Shown: positions 7,950 through 17,205, counted from the stretch's first letter. The stretch is 60,389 nt of DNA from Jiangellaceae bacterium (GCA_035316885.1 DATHII010000038.1:1-60389); one strand, 5' to 3'. Numbers and translations are program-made. The notes: generated from the sequence alone by a model not told the origin.

Positions 7950-9839
7950 GTGAGACGGAAGGGTCACTCGTCCCTGCGCGTGGCGGGCCTCGTGCTGGGC
8001 GTCGCAGTTCTGCTCGCATCGGTCGTCTACCTCGCCGATGCCGTCGAGGCCGGGACCATGCGCCGGGTCGTGTCCGCGCTGCTCGCCGACCCGGCGGGGT
8101 TGGCCCTGGCGTTGCTCGCGTATGCGGGTGCCTTCGGGTTGCGGACGTGGGCGTGGCGGCGAACGCTGACCGGCCTGCCGACCGGTCAGGCCTGGGCCGC
8201 GCTGCACGTCTCGCTGCTCGGCAACCACGTCCTGCCCTTGCGTATGGGCGAGGCACTGCGGGTCACCAGCGTCGTGCGCCGCACGGCACTCCCGGTGGAC
8301 CCGGTGACAGCGTCCGCGCTCACTCTCCGCGCCGCCGACGTCCTCGCCGTCCTCGGCCTCGCCGCGGTCGCCGCCCCCGAGGTGCTGATGTCGAACGGCA
8401 GCTGGGGCCTGCTCGTGGCCGGTGTCGCCCTCGGCGCCGCATTCGCCGGTGTGGTCTGGTCGCGCCGTCTGGGCGCTGAGGGTGCCCGCGTACGCCTGCC
8501 GGGCGGTGGACCGCTGGCGGCCACGGTCCTGGCCTGGGCACTCGAGGCCGCCGTCGTGTGGGAGGTCGCGCGGGTCGCGGGCATCGGCCTGACCCCGTGG
8601 CAGGCCGTCGCCGTCACCGCCACGACGATTGCCACCCAGACGGTGGCCGTCACCCCTGGTGGCTTCGGCACCTACGAGGCGGCGGCCACTGCAGCGATGG
8701 TCGCTCTCGGCGTCCCTGCCGCGGAGGCGTTCGCCGTCGCCCTGACGACCCACGCCGTGAAGACCGCTTACGCGCTGCTGGTTGGCGCGTACGCCTTGCA
8801 ACGCCCGGAGCCCGGCTACTGGGGACGGTTCCGGCTTCCGCGCCGGCTCCCTCCCAGGCCGCAGGCGCACATCACCGGCCGGGACGCTCCGGTCGTCGCG
8901 ATGGTCCCCGTGCACGACGAGGAACCGACCATCGCCGAGGTGATCCGGCGGCTGCCCCGTACCGTGCAGGGTCACCGCGTCGTCGCCCTCGTCGTCGACG
9001 ACGGCTCCACGGACCGCTCGGCGCAGGAGGCGCAGGATGCCGGTGCGGTGGTCGTCGCGCAGCCACGCAACCTCGGCCTGGGCGCGGCCGTGCGTCGAGG
9101 CCTGGCCGAGGCGACGGCCCTCGACCCGGCAGCCGTCGTCTACCTCGACGCCGATCTGGAGTACGACGCCGCAGAGCTCGCCCGCCTGGCCGGGCCTGTG
9201 CTCGACGGCTCCGCCGACTACGTGGTCGGATCGCGGTTCGCGGGCGACATCCACCGGATGCTCCCCCATCGACGCCTCGGCAACGTCGTGCTCACCCGCT
9301 GGATGCGCTGGATGACCCGGCTTCCGGTCACCGACGGGCAGAGCGGGTACCGGGCGTTCTCACCCCGAGCCGCCGCCGCGGCGGAGATCGTCCACGACTA
9401 CAACTACGCCCAGGTGCTCACCCTGGACCTGGTCGGCAAGGGCTTCCTCTACCGCGAGGTGCCGATCAGCTACGCGCTCCGGTCGTCAGGCACGTCGTTC
9501 GTCCGGCTCGGCCGGTACCTGCGCAGGGTCGTGCCCGCCGTGCACCGCGAGCTGAACGAGCGGACCGCCTCAGTCCTCGACGACGTGGTGGTCGAACCGC
9601 TCGCGGGCCGCCGTCCAGGCGTAGCGGTCGAACCGCCCGTCGTCGCGCAGCGCGTCGACGGCGTCGTAGGCCATGACCAGCGCATGGTGGGTGTTGTCGT
9701 GGGCGAACAGGCCCTGCCGGCCGAAGGTCACCACCCGGCGGAGCATCCGGGCCCACGTGTCGACGCCGGCCAGGTCGTGCTCGAACCCGATCCGGTAGAC
9801 CGGGTAGACCTGGCCCAGCCGGCGCGTCTCGACGTGTAG
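7950..9839 (+). CDS. Flippase-like (lysyl-PG synthase TM region-type) membrane domain fused to a family 2 glycosyltransferase
   Basis: Part of ORF 6936-9839, GTG at 7950. The N-terminal half has about 8 TM helices. The C-terminal half carries VVAMVPVHDEEPTIAEVI, VVDDGSTD, DADLEY and DGQSGYRAF (GT-A DxD). There is no in-frame stop until 9839, so the tail overlaps the convergent gene. Confidence 0.8.
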   Translation: MRRKGHSSLRVAGLVLGVAVLLASVVYLADAVEAGTMRRVVSALLADPAGLALALLAYAGAFGLRTWAWRRTLTGLPTGQAWAALHVSLLGNHVLPLRMGEALRVTSVVRRTALPVDPVTASALTLRAADVLAVLGLAAVAAPEVLMSNGSWGLLVAGVALGAAFAGVVWSRRLGAEGARVRLPGGGPLAATVLAWALEAAVVWEVARVAGIGLTPWQAVAVTATTIATQTVAVTPGGFGTYEAAATAAMVALGVPAAEAFAVALTTHAVKTAYALLVGAYALQRPEPGYWGRFRLPRRLPPRPQAHITGRDAPVVAMVPVHDEEPTIAEVIRRLPRTVQGHRVVALVVDDGSTDRSAQEAQDAGAVVVAQPRNLGLGAAVRRGLAEATALDPAAVVYLDADLEYDAAELARLAGPVLDGSADYVVGSRFAGDIHRMLPHRRLGNVVLTRWMRWMTRLPVTDGQSGYRAFSPRAAAAAEIVHDYNYAQVLTLDLVGKGFLYREVPISYALRSSGTSFVRLGRYLRRVVPAVHRELNERTASVLDDVVVEPLAGRRPGVAVEPPVVAQRVDGVVGHDQRMVGVVVGEQALPAEGHHPAEHPGPRVDAGQVVLEPDPVDRVDLAQPARLDV

Positions 9840-10967
9840 ACGGTCGACGGGTGGCAGCCCGGTGCGGGCCAGCGCCTCGTCGACGAGGTCGCCGAGCGAC
9901 TCGTCGTCGAAGCCCCATAGCTCGTCGGTCATCGCGCACGGGATCTCCGCACACAGGACCGACCGGTCGGCCGGGTCGTCGGCACTGTCGCGGTAGTTGG
10001 CCGGCTCGGAGATGCGGGTGATCGGCGTCTCGGGCCCGGGCACGTAGTGGGCGTCGAAGGGTGTCCACCGTCCACCCCGGTGGACGACGTAGACCAGCAG
10101 CATCGCCCGGAACCGCAGCCGGCTGGCCGACTCGATGTCCGTCAGCGACGGCGCCGGCCGGGCGATCCGGGCGAGCACCGGCAGCGGCAGGGTCGAGAAG
10201 ACGTGACCCGCCGTGACCTGCTCGGCGTCCTGGGTGCTGACGACGACCTCGTCCTCTACGACCCGCACACTGTCGACCTCGGCCTCGAGCCGGATCTCGG
10301 CACCCGCCGAGGTCGCGGCCTCGGCGAGGGCCTCGACGATCTGGCCGAAGCCGCGTCGGGGATAGAGGAAGACCTGCCCCTGCCCGTCGCCGCGGCTGCC
10401 GCGGACGACCCGGGCCGCGATCTTCCATGCGGTATCCGCCGAGACCCGGCGACGGGCCTGGACGCTGCTGATGCGGTCGCCGGGAAGCCCCCACAGCTTC
10501 TTGGCGTACGGCCCGTAGAGCGTGTCGTAGAGGGTCGGTCCGAGCCCGGCGCGCAGCACGCCCGCATACGTGTCCGCGCGAACCCTCCGCATCGGCGCGG
10601 TGGCCGAGTCGCGGGCGATCCGGGCGACCAGCGACGCAGGAAGTTCGCGGGCGAGCTCGCCCGCGCGCAGCGGAAAGCCGACCCATCGGCCGGCCACCCT
10701 CAGGCGCCCGTTGCGACGGCGGGCCTGCAGGTCGTCGCCGAGCAGGCCGCGCAGGTCGGCCAGCACGTGCGTCGGCGTGGACGGATGCAGGCGGTGGGAG
10801 CCGTGGTCGACCCACATGCCCGCGACCTCGAAGGAACCGGCCAGCCCGCCGACCCGCCCGGCCCGCTCGAGCACAGTGACCTTGAGCCCGCGGCGGGCAG
10901 CCCGCCATGCGGCGGCCAGCCCGGCCGGTCCGGCGCCGAGGACGACGAGATCATACGAGCCGCTCAT
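9570..10967 (-). CDS. FAD-dependent oxidoreductase (amine-oxidase / protoporphyrinogen-oxidase-like fold)
   Basis: ORF 9570-10967. MSGSYDLVVLGAGPAGLAAAWRAARRGLKVTVLERAGRVGGLAGS shows the GxGxxG-x17-E motif plus GG. 465 aa. Confidence 0.85.
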   Translation of the reverse strand: MSGSYDLVVLGAGPAGLAAAWRAARRGLKVTVLERAGRVGGLAGSFEVAGMWVDHGSHRLHPSTPTHVLADLRGLLGDDLQARRRNGRLRVAGRWVGFPLRAGELARELPASLVARIARDSATAPMRRVRADTYAGVLRAGLGPTLYDTLYGPYAKKLWGLPGDRISSVQARRRVSADTAWKIAARVVRGSRGDGQGQVFLYPRRGFGQIVEALAEAATSAGAEIRLEAEVDSVRVVEDEVVVSTQDAEQVTAGHVFSTLPLPVLARIARPAPSLTDIESASRLRFRAMLLVYVVHRGGRWTPFDAHYVPGPETPITRISEPANYRDSADDPADRSVLCAEIPCAMTDELWGFDDESLGDLVDEALARTGLPPVDRLHVETRRLGQVYPVYRIGFEHDLAGVDTWARMLRRVVTFGRQGLFAHDNTHHALVMAYDAVDALRDDGRFDRYAWTAARERFDHHVVED

Positions 10968-11052
10968 AGGGATGTCGCCGAGCCTATAGCCGGTACCGTA
11001 CCGGCGCGGCCGCGTCGACGATCTTCGTGTTCGCGTGTCGCCACCACGAAGC

Positions 11053-11071
11053 TTAGGCTAGCCTTACCGCT
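11053..11071. promoter_or_regulatory. Candidate DtxR/IdeR iron box 2
   Basis: TTAGGCTAGCCTTACCGCT, 14/19 against TTAGGTTAGCCTAACCTAA by hand count. Core AGGCTAGCCT is a perfect palindrome. It ends 1 nt before the ATG of the FhuF-like gene, in the gap shared with the FAD oxidoreductase. Confidence 0.5.
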
Positions 11072-11072
11072 G

Positions 11073-11870
11073 ATGAGCACCGACACCCTCGCCGGCGACC
11101 GGCTCCACCCGATCGGTCCGGTACTCGACTCGGTCGCCGAGGTCGCCATCGGCTTCCCGCCGGCGTCACTGGGTGGCGACGACACCGCGGCGTGGTACCC
11201 GGCGAGCTGGATCACCGACCCGGACGGGCCGGTCCTGCGTGCCATGCTGGACGACGCGGCGCGACGATGGAGCGTCGGCCCCCATGCCGCAGCGGCACTC
11301 GCCTTCAAGGGCTACGCCTGGGCGGCGACACTGCCCGTCCTCGTCGGCTGGGCCAGGCAGCGCCGGGTGCCCCTGCCCGAGACCGGCCGGATCCGGGTCG
11401 GTATCTCCGCCGATCTGCCCTACGTGCGCTTCGACCTCGCCGACGCCCCAGTTGCCCTCCTCCCCGATGACCCCGCCGCTGCGCACCCTGCGGCCCGTGT
11501 CGTCGACGATCCCGCCGCCCTGCTCGACGCGGCGAGAGCCGCACTGGTCGACGACCACCTCGCCGCCGTCATCGCAGCGCTGCACGGCGCGACCCGAGTC
11601 GGCGAGCGTCTGTTGTGGGGAACGGTCGCCGAGGCCATCGCCCAGCCCGCACTTCTCATGCCGGACGGAACCGCGGCCGACCGGGTCGGTACCGCGCGGA
11701 TGCTGCTGGAGTCGTTCGGCGAGCGCGTACAGGACCTGATCGATGTGGTCGACGGTCCGCGTGGCCCCCGGGTCCGGCGGCGGACCTGCTGCCTGTGGTT
11801 CACCGCCAGCGACGGCCGGGGCAGGTACTGCGCCTCCTGTTGCGTCACCCGCCCTGAACGCACCCTCTAA
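11073..11870 (+). CDS. FhuF-like (2Fe-2S)-binding ferric-siderophore reductase family protein
   Basis: Last 265 codons of ORF 10047-11870. The C-terminal RRTCCLWFTASDGRGRYCASCCV fits the FhuF_C Cys-Cys...Cys-x2-Cys cluster motif. An iron box lies directly upstream. Confidence 0.75.
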   Translation: MSTDTLAGDRLHPIGPVLDSVAEVAIGFPPASLGGDDTAAWYPASWITDPDGPVLRAMLDDAARRWSVGPHAAAALAFKGYAWAATLPVLVGWARQRRVPLPETGRIRVGISADLPYVRFDLADAPVALLPDDPAAAHPAARVVDDPAALLDAARAALVDDHLAAVIAALHGATRVGERLLWGTVAEAIAQPALLMPDGTAADRVGTARMLLESFGERVQDLIDVVDGPRGPRVRRRTCCLWFTASDGRGRYCASCCVTRPERTL

Positions 11871-11879
11871 CCTGACCGG

Positions 11880-12605
11880 ATGACCGGCGCCTCGCTGCCG
11901 CTCGTCGCCGACGTACGCGCTACCCTCGCCGCGGCCGCTGACCCGGTGAAGGCAGCGCCGATGCAGGCCTACATGAAGTCGGCGATGCCCTTCCGTGGGG
12001 TTCCCAAGCCCGCCCGCGTGACAGCGCTCCGGCCGGTGTTCCGGGCCTACGTGCTCGACGACCGCGAGAGCTGGGACGCCACCGTCCGCCTGCTCTGGGA
12101 CAGTGCCGAGTTCCGGGAGGAGCGCTATGCGGCCACCGACCTTGCCCGGCATCGCAGCTACGACGCGTGGGCGACCGACGTGCGGTCGATGGACCTCGAC
12201 GACCACCTCGTCGTCACGGGTGCGTGGTGGGACCACGTCGACGAGGTCGCGATCCGGTTGGTCGGGCCCCTGCTGCGTGTGCACCCGATCCCGATCGAGC
12301 GGGTGGTGCGCCGCTGGTCGCGGGACGCGGACCGCTGGCGACGTCGGGCCGCGGTCATCTGCCAGATCGGATCCCGCGACGCCACCGACACCGCCGTGCT
12401 CGCCGAGTGCATCGTGGCCAACGCCGACGATCCCGACTTCTTCCTCCGCAAGGGCATCGGCTGGGCGCTGCGCGAGCACGCCAAGACCGACCCGGACTGG
12501 GTGCGCGCCTTCCTGGGCTCCTACCGGGCCGTCCTGTCTCCCCTGTCGGTTCGCGAGGCCGGTCGCAACCTGCCGGCGCCCACCGTCCACCGTCCGTCGG
12601 AATGA
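11880..12605 (+). CDS. DNA alkylation repair protein (AlkD/HEAT-repeat family)
   Basis: ORF 11880-12605. Motifs: AAPMQAYMKSAMPFRGVPKP, WWDHVDEVA, FFLRKGIGWALREHAKTDP. Confidence 0.85.
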   Translation: MTGASLPLVADVRATLAAAADPVKAAPMQAYMKSAMPFRGVPKPARVTALRPVFRAYVLDDRESWDATVRLLWDSAEFREERYAATDLARHRSYDAWATDVRSMDLDDHLVVTGAWWDHVDEVAIRLVGPLLRVHPIPIERVVRRWSRDADRWRRRAAVICQIGSRDATDTAVLAECIVANADDPDFFLRKGIGWALREHAKTDPDWVRAFLGSYRAVLSPLSVREAGRNLPAPTVHRPSE

Positions 12606-12671
12606 TCACGTCCCCGCTCCCGGTCCTGGTTACCGGCGAGTAGCATCGGTCTCACCCCCGAGGAGGCCCCC

Positions 12672-13910
12672 GTGCCACGTGCCACCCGCCAGCTCCGCGA
12701 TGTCGTGTTCGTCGACGGCGTGCGTACCCCGTTCGGCAAGGCCGGCCCGGCGGGGATGTACTTCGAGACCCGCGCCGACGACCTCGTGGTCAAATGCATC
12801 CGCGAGTTGCTGCGACGCAACCCGCAACTTCCGCCCGAGCGCGTCGACGACGTCGCCGTGGCAGCCACCACACAGATCGGCGACCAGGGGCTCACCATCG
12901 GCCGCACCGCGGCGCTGCTCGCCGGTCTGCCGCGGTCCGTTCCGGGATACGCGATCGACCGCATGTGCGCGGGCGCGATGACGGCCGTGACCACGACGGC
13001 CGCCGGCATCGCGTTCGGCGCCTACGACGTCGTCATCGCCGCCGGTGTCGAGCACATGGGTCACCACCCGATGGGCGAGGGCGTCGACCCCAACCCCCGC
13101 TTCCTCGCCGAGAAGCTCGTCGATCCATCGGCGCTGGTCATGGGTCAGACCGCCGAGAACCTGCACGACCGGTTCCCCCACCTGACCAAGGAGCGGGCCG
13201 ACACGTACGCGGCCGCCAGCCAGGCCAAGCTGGCCAAGGCCTACGCGGACGGCAAGGTGCAACCCGACCTTGTCCCGGTCGCCACCCGGAGTGCCCAGCA
13301 GGGGTGGGGCCTCGCGACCGCCGACGAGCCGCCGCGCCCGGGCACGACCGTCGAGGACCTCGCCGGGTTGAAGACCCCGTTCCGACCGCACGGCCGCGTG
13401 ACGGCGGGGAACTCCGCCGGCCTCAACGACGGCGCGACCGCCGCCCTGTTGGCCTCGGCGCACGCGGCGGAGGAACTCGGCCTGACCCCCCGCATGCGGC
13501 TGGTGTCGTACTCGTTCGCCGGCGTCGAGCCCGAGTTCATGGGCGTCGGTCCCGTCCCTGCGACGGACAGGGCGCTGGCGCAGGCCGGCCTGACGATGGA
13601 CGACATCGGCCTGATCGAGATCAACGAGGCCTTCGCGGTCCAGGTACTGACCTTCCTCGACCACTACGGCATCGCCGACGACGACCCGCGGGTCAACCCC
13701 TACGGCGGTGCAATCGCGCTCGGCCACCCGCTGGCCTCGTCCGGGGTCCGCCTCATGACCCAGCTGGCCCGGGCCGTCGAGGACCGTCCGGAGGTCAGGT
13801 ACGGCATCACCACGATGTGCGTCGGCATCGGCATGGGCGGGACCGTGGTCTGGGAGAACCCCCACCACGCCGACTACGGCGCCGAGCACGGCGACGAGGC
13901 GGTCGCCTGA
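12672..13910 (+). CDS. fadA: Acetyl-CoA C-acyltransferase (thiolase)
   Basis: ORF 12672-13910. GTG is preceded by AGGAGG. Thiolase motifs: DRMCAGAM (active Cys), NEAFAVQVL, GGAIALGHPLASSG, CVGIGMG. Confidence 0.93.
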   Translation: MPRATRQLRDVVFVDGVRTPFGKAGPAGMYFETRADDLVVKCIRELLRRNPQLPPERVDDVAVAATTQIGDQGLTIGRTAALLAGLPRSVPGYAIDRMCAGAMTAVTTTAAGIAFGAYDVVIAAGVEHMGHHPMGEGVDPNPRFLAEKLVDPSALVMGQTAENLHDRFPHLTKERADTYAAASQAKLAKAYADGKVQPDLVPVATRSAQQGWGLATADEPPRPGTTVEDLAGLKTPFRPHGRVTAGNSAGLNDGATAALLASAHAAEELGLTPRMRLVSYSFAGVEPEFMGVGPVPATDRALAQAGLTMDDIGLIEINEAFAVQVLTFLDHYGIADDDPRVNPYGGAIALGHPLASSGVRLMTQLARAVEDRPEVRYGITTMCVGIGMGGTVVWENPHHADYGAEHGDEAVA

Positions 13911-16018
13911 TGGCCGGCCCCTACACCACCCCGTTCCCCGGCGAGATCGTCACCCGGGCGCTCGTCCGGTTCGTCGACCTGCCCCTCGATGCCGGCAGGG
14001 CGGCGCTGGTCACCCTCGACAATGGGCACGACCACAACAAGCCCAACACGCTGGGGCCGGCCAGCCTGCTCGAGCTCGACCGGGCCCTCGACACGGCCTA
14101 CGGCGAGCCTGGGGTCGTCGCGGTCTGCCTCACCGGCAAGCCGTTCATCCTGGCCGCCGGTGCCGACCTCAAGGGCGTCGCGCTCGTCACCCATCGCGAG
14201 CAGGGCCTCGAGATCGCCCACCTGGGCCACCGGGTGTTCGCTCGGCTCGGCGACGGTCCGGTCCCGACGTTTGCCTTCGTGAACGGGCTCGCCCTCGGCG
14301 GCGGGCTCGAGATGGCGCTCAACTGCACCTACCGCACTGTCAACGCAACCGTGGCCGGCGTTGCTCTGCCCGAGACCTTCCTCGGTCTCGTCCCCGCGTG
14401 GGGAGGGTCGTGGCTGCTACCCAACCTGGTGGGGCCGGAGAAGGCCGTCACGGTCATCGTCGAGAACGCACTCAATCAGAACCGGATGCTCAAGGGCCCC
14501 GAGGTGACCGAGCTCGGCATCGCCGACGCTCTGTTCGACGGGGCCGACTTTCTCGAGCAGTCGCTGCTCTGGACCGCGCGGGTGTTGCGTGGCGACGTCT
14601 CCGTCGACCGCGACGAGATCGACCGCGACGAGCAGGCGTGGTCGGCAGCGGTGGCCCGGGGCAGGTCGATCGCCGACGCCAAGGTGCACGGTGCCGCGCC
14701 GGCGCCCTATCGGGCACTCGACCTCGTCGCGGCCGCCCGGACGGCGACGCGAGACGAGGGCTTCGCCGCCGAGGACGAGGTGCTCGGCGACCTGGTGATG
14801 AGCGAGGAGTTCCGCGCCGGCATTTACGCCTTCGACCTCGTGCAGCGGCGGGCGAAGCGCCCGGTCGGCGCACCGGACGCGAACCTGGCCCGCCCGGTGA
14901 CGAAGGTCGGCATCGTCGGTGCCGGCCTGATGGCCAGTCAGCTCGCGCTGCTGTTCCTCCGGCGGCTGCAGGTGCCGGTCGTCCTCACCGACCTGGACCA
15001 GCAACGCATCGACAAGGGTGTCGGGCACGTCCACGCGGAGATCGCGAAGCTTGCCGGCAAGAGCCGCATCACCGCCGACCAGGCCGGCCGGCTCACAGCG
15101 CTGGTCACGGGCAGCACCGAGACCGCGGCGTTCGCCGACGCGGACTTCGTCATCGAGGCCGTCTTCGAGGAGATGAAGGTCAAGCAGCAGGTTTTCGCCG
15201 ACCTCGAGGCAGTGGTCACACCCGACTGTGTGCTGGCGACGAACACGTCCTCGCTGTCGGTCACCGAGATGGCATCGGAGCTCGCACACCCCGAACGTGT
15301 CGTGGGCCTCCACTTCTTCAACCCGGTGGCCGTGCTGCCCCTGCTCGAGGTCGTTCGCACCGAGCGGACCGACGACGCCACGCTCGCCACCGCGTTCGCG
15401 GTGGGCAAGGAGCTGAAGAAGTCCTGCGTGCTGGTCAAGGACGCGCCCGCGTTCGTCGTCAACCGGATCCTCACCCGGTTCATCGGCGAGATCACCCGCG
15501 CCGCGGACGAGGGCACGCCGCTCGACGTCGCAGACCGCGCGGCAGCGCCGCTCGGCCTGCCGCTGTCGCCGTTCGTCCTCCTGCAGCTCGTGGGTCCGGC
15601 CGTCGCACTACACGTCGCCGAGACGATGCACGAGGTGTTCCCCGACCGGTTCGCGGTGTCGGAGAACCTGCGCCGACTGGTGGCCGCAGGCAAGCCGGGA
15701 ATCTGGTCGTGGGACGGCCAGGGCCGGCCCTACCTCGACGACGACACGCGGGCCATGTTCGAGCAGGGCGACACGGTCAGCACCGAGGCCGAGGTACTCG
15801 ATCGTGCGCTGACAGCGTTGTCGCAGGAGATCAGGTTGATGCTTGACGAGGGCGTGGTGGCCGGGCCCCAGGACATCGACCTGTGCCTGCTGCTCGGTGC
15901 CGGCTGGCCGTTCCACCTGGGCGGGATCACGCCTTACCTCGACCGCACCGGCGTCTCAGAACGGGCCACCAGCCGCCGTTTCCTGCCGCCCGGGGTCGCC
16001 AGCGTACCGACGACGTAG
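13910..16018 (+). CDS. fadB: Multifunctional enoyl-CoA hydratase / 3-hydroxyacyl-CoA dehydrogenase
   Basis: Part of ORF 12794-16018. ATG at 13910 overlaps the fadA stop (TGATG). Crotonase-fold N-terminus (AAGADLKG, GGGLEMAL), then an NAD-binding VGIVGAGLMASQ dehydrogenase domain. Confidence 0.92.
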   Translation: MAGPYTTPFPGEIVTRALVRFVDLPLDAGRAALVTLDNGHDHNKPNTLGPASLLELDRALDTAYGEPGVVAVCLTGKPFILAAGADLKGVALVTHREQGLEIAHLGHRVFARLGDGPVPTFAFVNGLALGGGLEMALNCTYRTVNATVAGVALPETFLGLVPAWGGSWLLPNLVGPEKAVTVIVENALNQNRMLKGPEVTELGIADALFDGADFLEQSLLWTARVLRGDVSVDRDEIDRDEQAWSAAVARGRSIADAKVHGAAPAPYRALDLVAAARTATRDEGFAAEDEVLGDLVMSEEFRAGIYAFDLVQRRAKRPVGAPDANLARPVTKVGIVGAGLMASQLALLFLRRLQVPVVLTDLDQQRIDKGVGHVHAEIAKLAGKSRITADQAGRLTALVTGSTETAAFADADFVIEAVFEEMKVKQQVFADLEAVVTPDCVLATNTSSLSVTEMASELAHPERVVGLHFFNPVAVLPLLEVVRTERTDDATLATAFAVGKELKKSCVLVKDAPAFVVNRILTRFIGEITRAADEGTPLDVADRAAAPLGLPLSPFVLLQLVGPAVALHVAETMHEVFPDRFAVSENLRRLVAAGKPGIWSWDGQGRPYLDDDTRAMFEQGDTVSTEAEVLDRALTALSQEIRLMLDEGVVAGPQDIDLCLLLGAGWPFHLGGITPYLDRTGVSERATSRRFLPPGVASVPTT

Positions 16019-16049
16019 CTGCCGTCACGGGGAACCACGGGGTGCGTGG

Positions 16050-17153
16050 TCAAGGTTCGGTGGGTACGGCAGTCCCGATGGGGACCTCGGCCAGGGCACG
16101 CCGGTAGGCGATCACCGCCGCGACGATCGCACCCGTCACCGGTACGGCCAGGAAGAGGCCCACCAGGCCAAACGCCGACGCTGCCGTGGTCGTGAGGACC
16201 AGCATGATCAACGGGTGGAAGCTCAGCGCCCTCGACAGCAGCAGCGGCGAGAGGACATTGCCCTCCAACTGCTGGACGGCGAGGACGAGCAGCAAGGTCC
16301 ACAGGGCGGTCGTCCAGCCGCCGGTGAACAGCGCGACGAGGACCGCGACAACTCCCGCAATGGTCGCCCCGACGAGCGGGATGTACGCCAGGACGAACGT
16401 CAGCGCACCGATCGGCACGGCGAGCGGCACGCTCAGCAGGCTCAGGCCGATGCCGATCAGCAGTCCGTCGACCAGGCCGGTCAACGTCGAGGCGTAGAAC
16501 CAGCTGCCGGTTGCCCGCATCGACGCCTGGAACGCGACCGTGGCCGGACGTCGGCGGTCCGCCGACAGTGTCGAAACGAACTGCGCCCACAGCCGGTCGC
16601 CGCTGGACAGCGCGAAGATCGCGAAGAAGGTGGCGATCAGCAGCACCGTAAGGACGTTGCCGACGACTGACAGCCCAGTCGCGACTCCGGAGCCGATGCT
16701 GCCGACGTAGTCCCCGACCGACGACTGGAGCTCGTTGAGCACGTCCTCCACTGCCGCCGTGTCTATCCCGAACGGCCCGCTTCTGATCCAGCTGAGGATG
16801 TCGTCGAAGGCGCCGGTGATGGCGTCGGCAAGCCGTGGACTGTTCCGCACCACCTCGGACACCACAAACACGAGCAGCCCCACGAACACCGCCAGGAAGC
16901 CGACCACGCACATGATCGCGGCGAGCGCCTGCGGCACCCGGCGCGCCCGCAGCCATTTCACGGCCGGCCAGAGCAGCGACACCTCGGCAAAGCCCAGCAC
17001 GACCGCCATCGAGATGAACCTGACCTGCAGCGCGAGCCAGATCACTGCGGCGCCGGCGAGCCCGACGACGAGAAGACGCCCGGCGACGGCCGCCTGGCGG
17101 TCCAGCCAGGCGGGCACATCGGCCCTGCGCGTTGGCGGCGTCGTCGTCATCAC
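16050..17153 (-). CDS. AI-2E family transporter (PerM-like)
   Basis: ORF 16050-17153. 367 aa, about 8 TM helices. The IPLVGATIAGVVAVLVAL and LEGNVLSPLLLS motifs are typical of the family. Confidence 0.88.
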   Translation of the reverse strand: MMTTTPPTRRADVPAWLDRQAAVAGRLLVVGLAGAAVIWLALQVRFISMAVVLGFAEVSLLWPAVKWLRARRVPQALAAIMCVVGFLAVFVGLLVFVVSEVVRNSPRLADAITGAFDDILSWIRSGPFGIDTAAVEDVLNELQSSVGDYVGSIGSGVATGLSVVGNVLTVLLIATFFAIFALSSGDRLWAQFVSTLSADRRRPATVAFQASMRATGSWFYASTLTGLVDGLLIGIGLSLLSVPLAVPIGALTFVLAYIPLVGATIAGVVAVLVALFTGGWTTALWTLLLVLAVQQLEGNVLSPLLLSRALSFHPLIMLVLTTTAASAFGLVGLFLAVPVTGAIVAAVIAYRRALAEVPIGTAVPTEP

Positions 17154-17205
17154 AGGTCGAACGGTAGCCGTAGCCGAGGCCGAGGCCGCCTAGCGACGCG
17201 TCGGG

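Noticed and set aside
12794-13909. N-terminal third of the 1074-aa ORF 12794-16018
   Set aside because: It is an out-of-frame shadow of fadA (Arg/Pro-rich nonsense). The real fadB begins at ATG 13910, overlapping the fadA stop.
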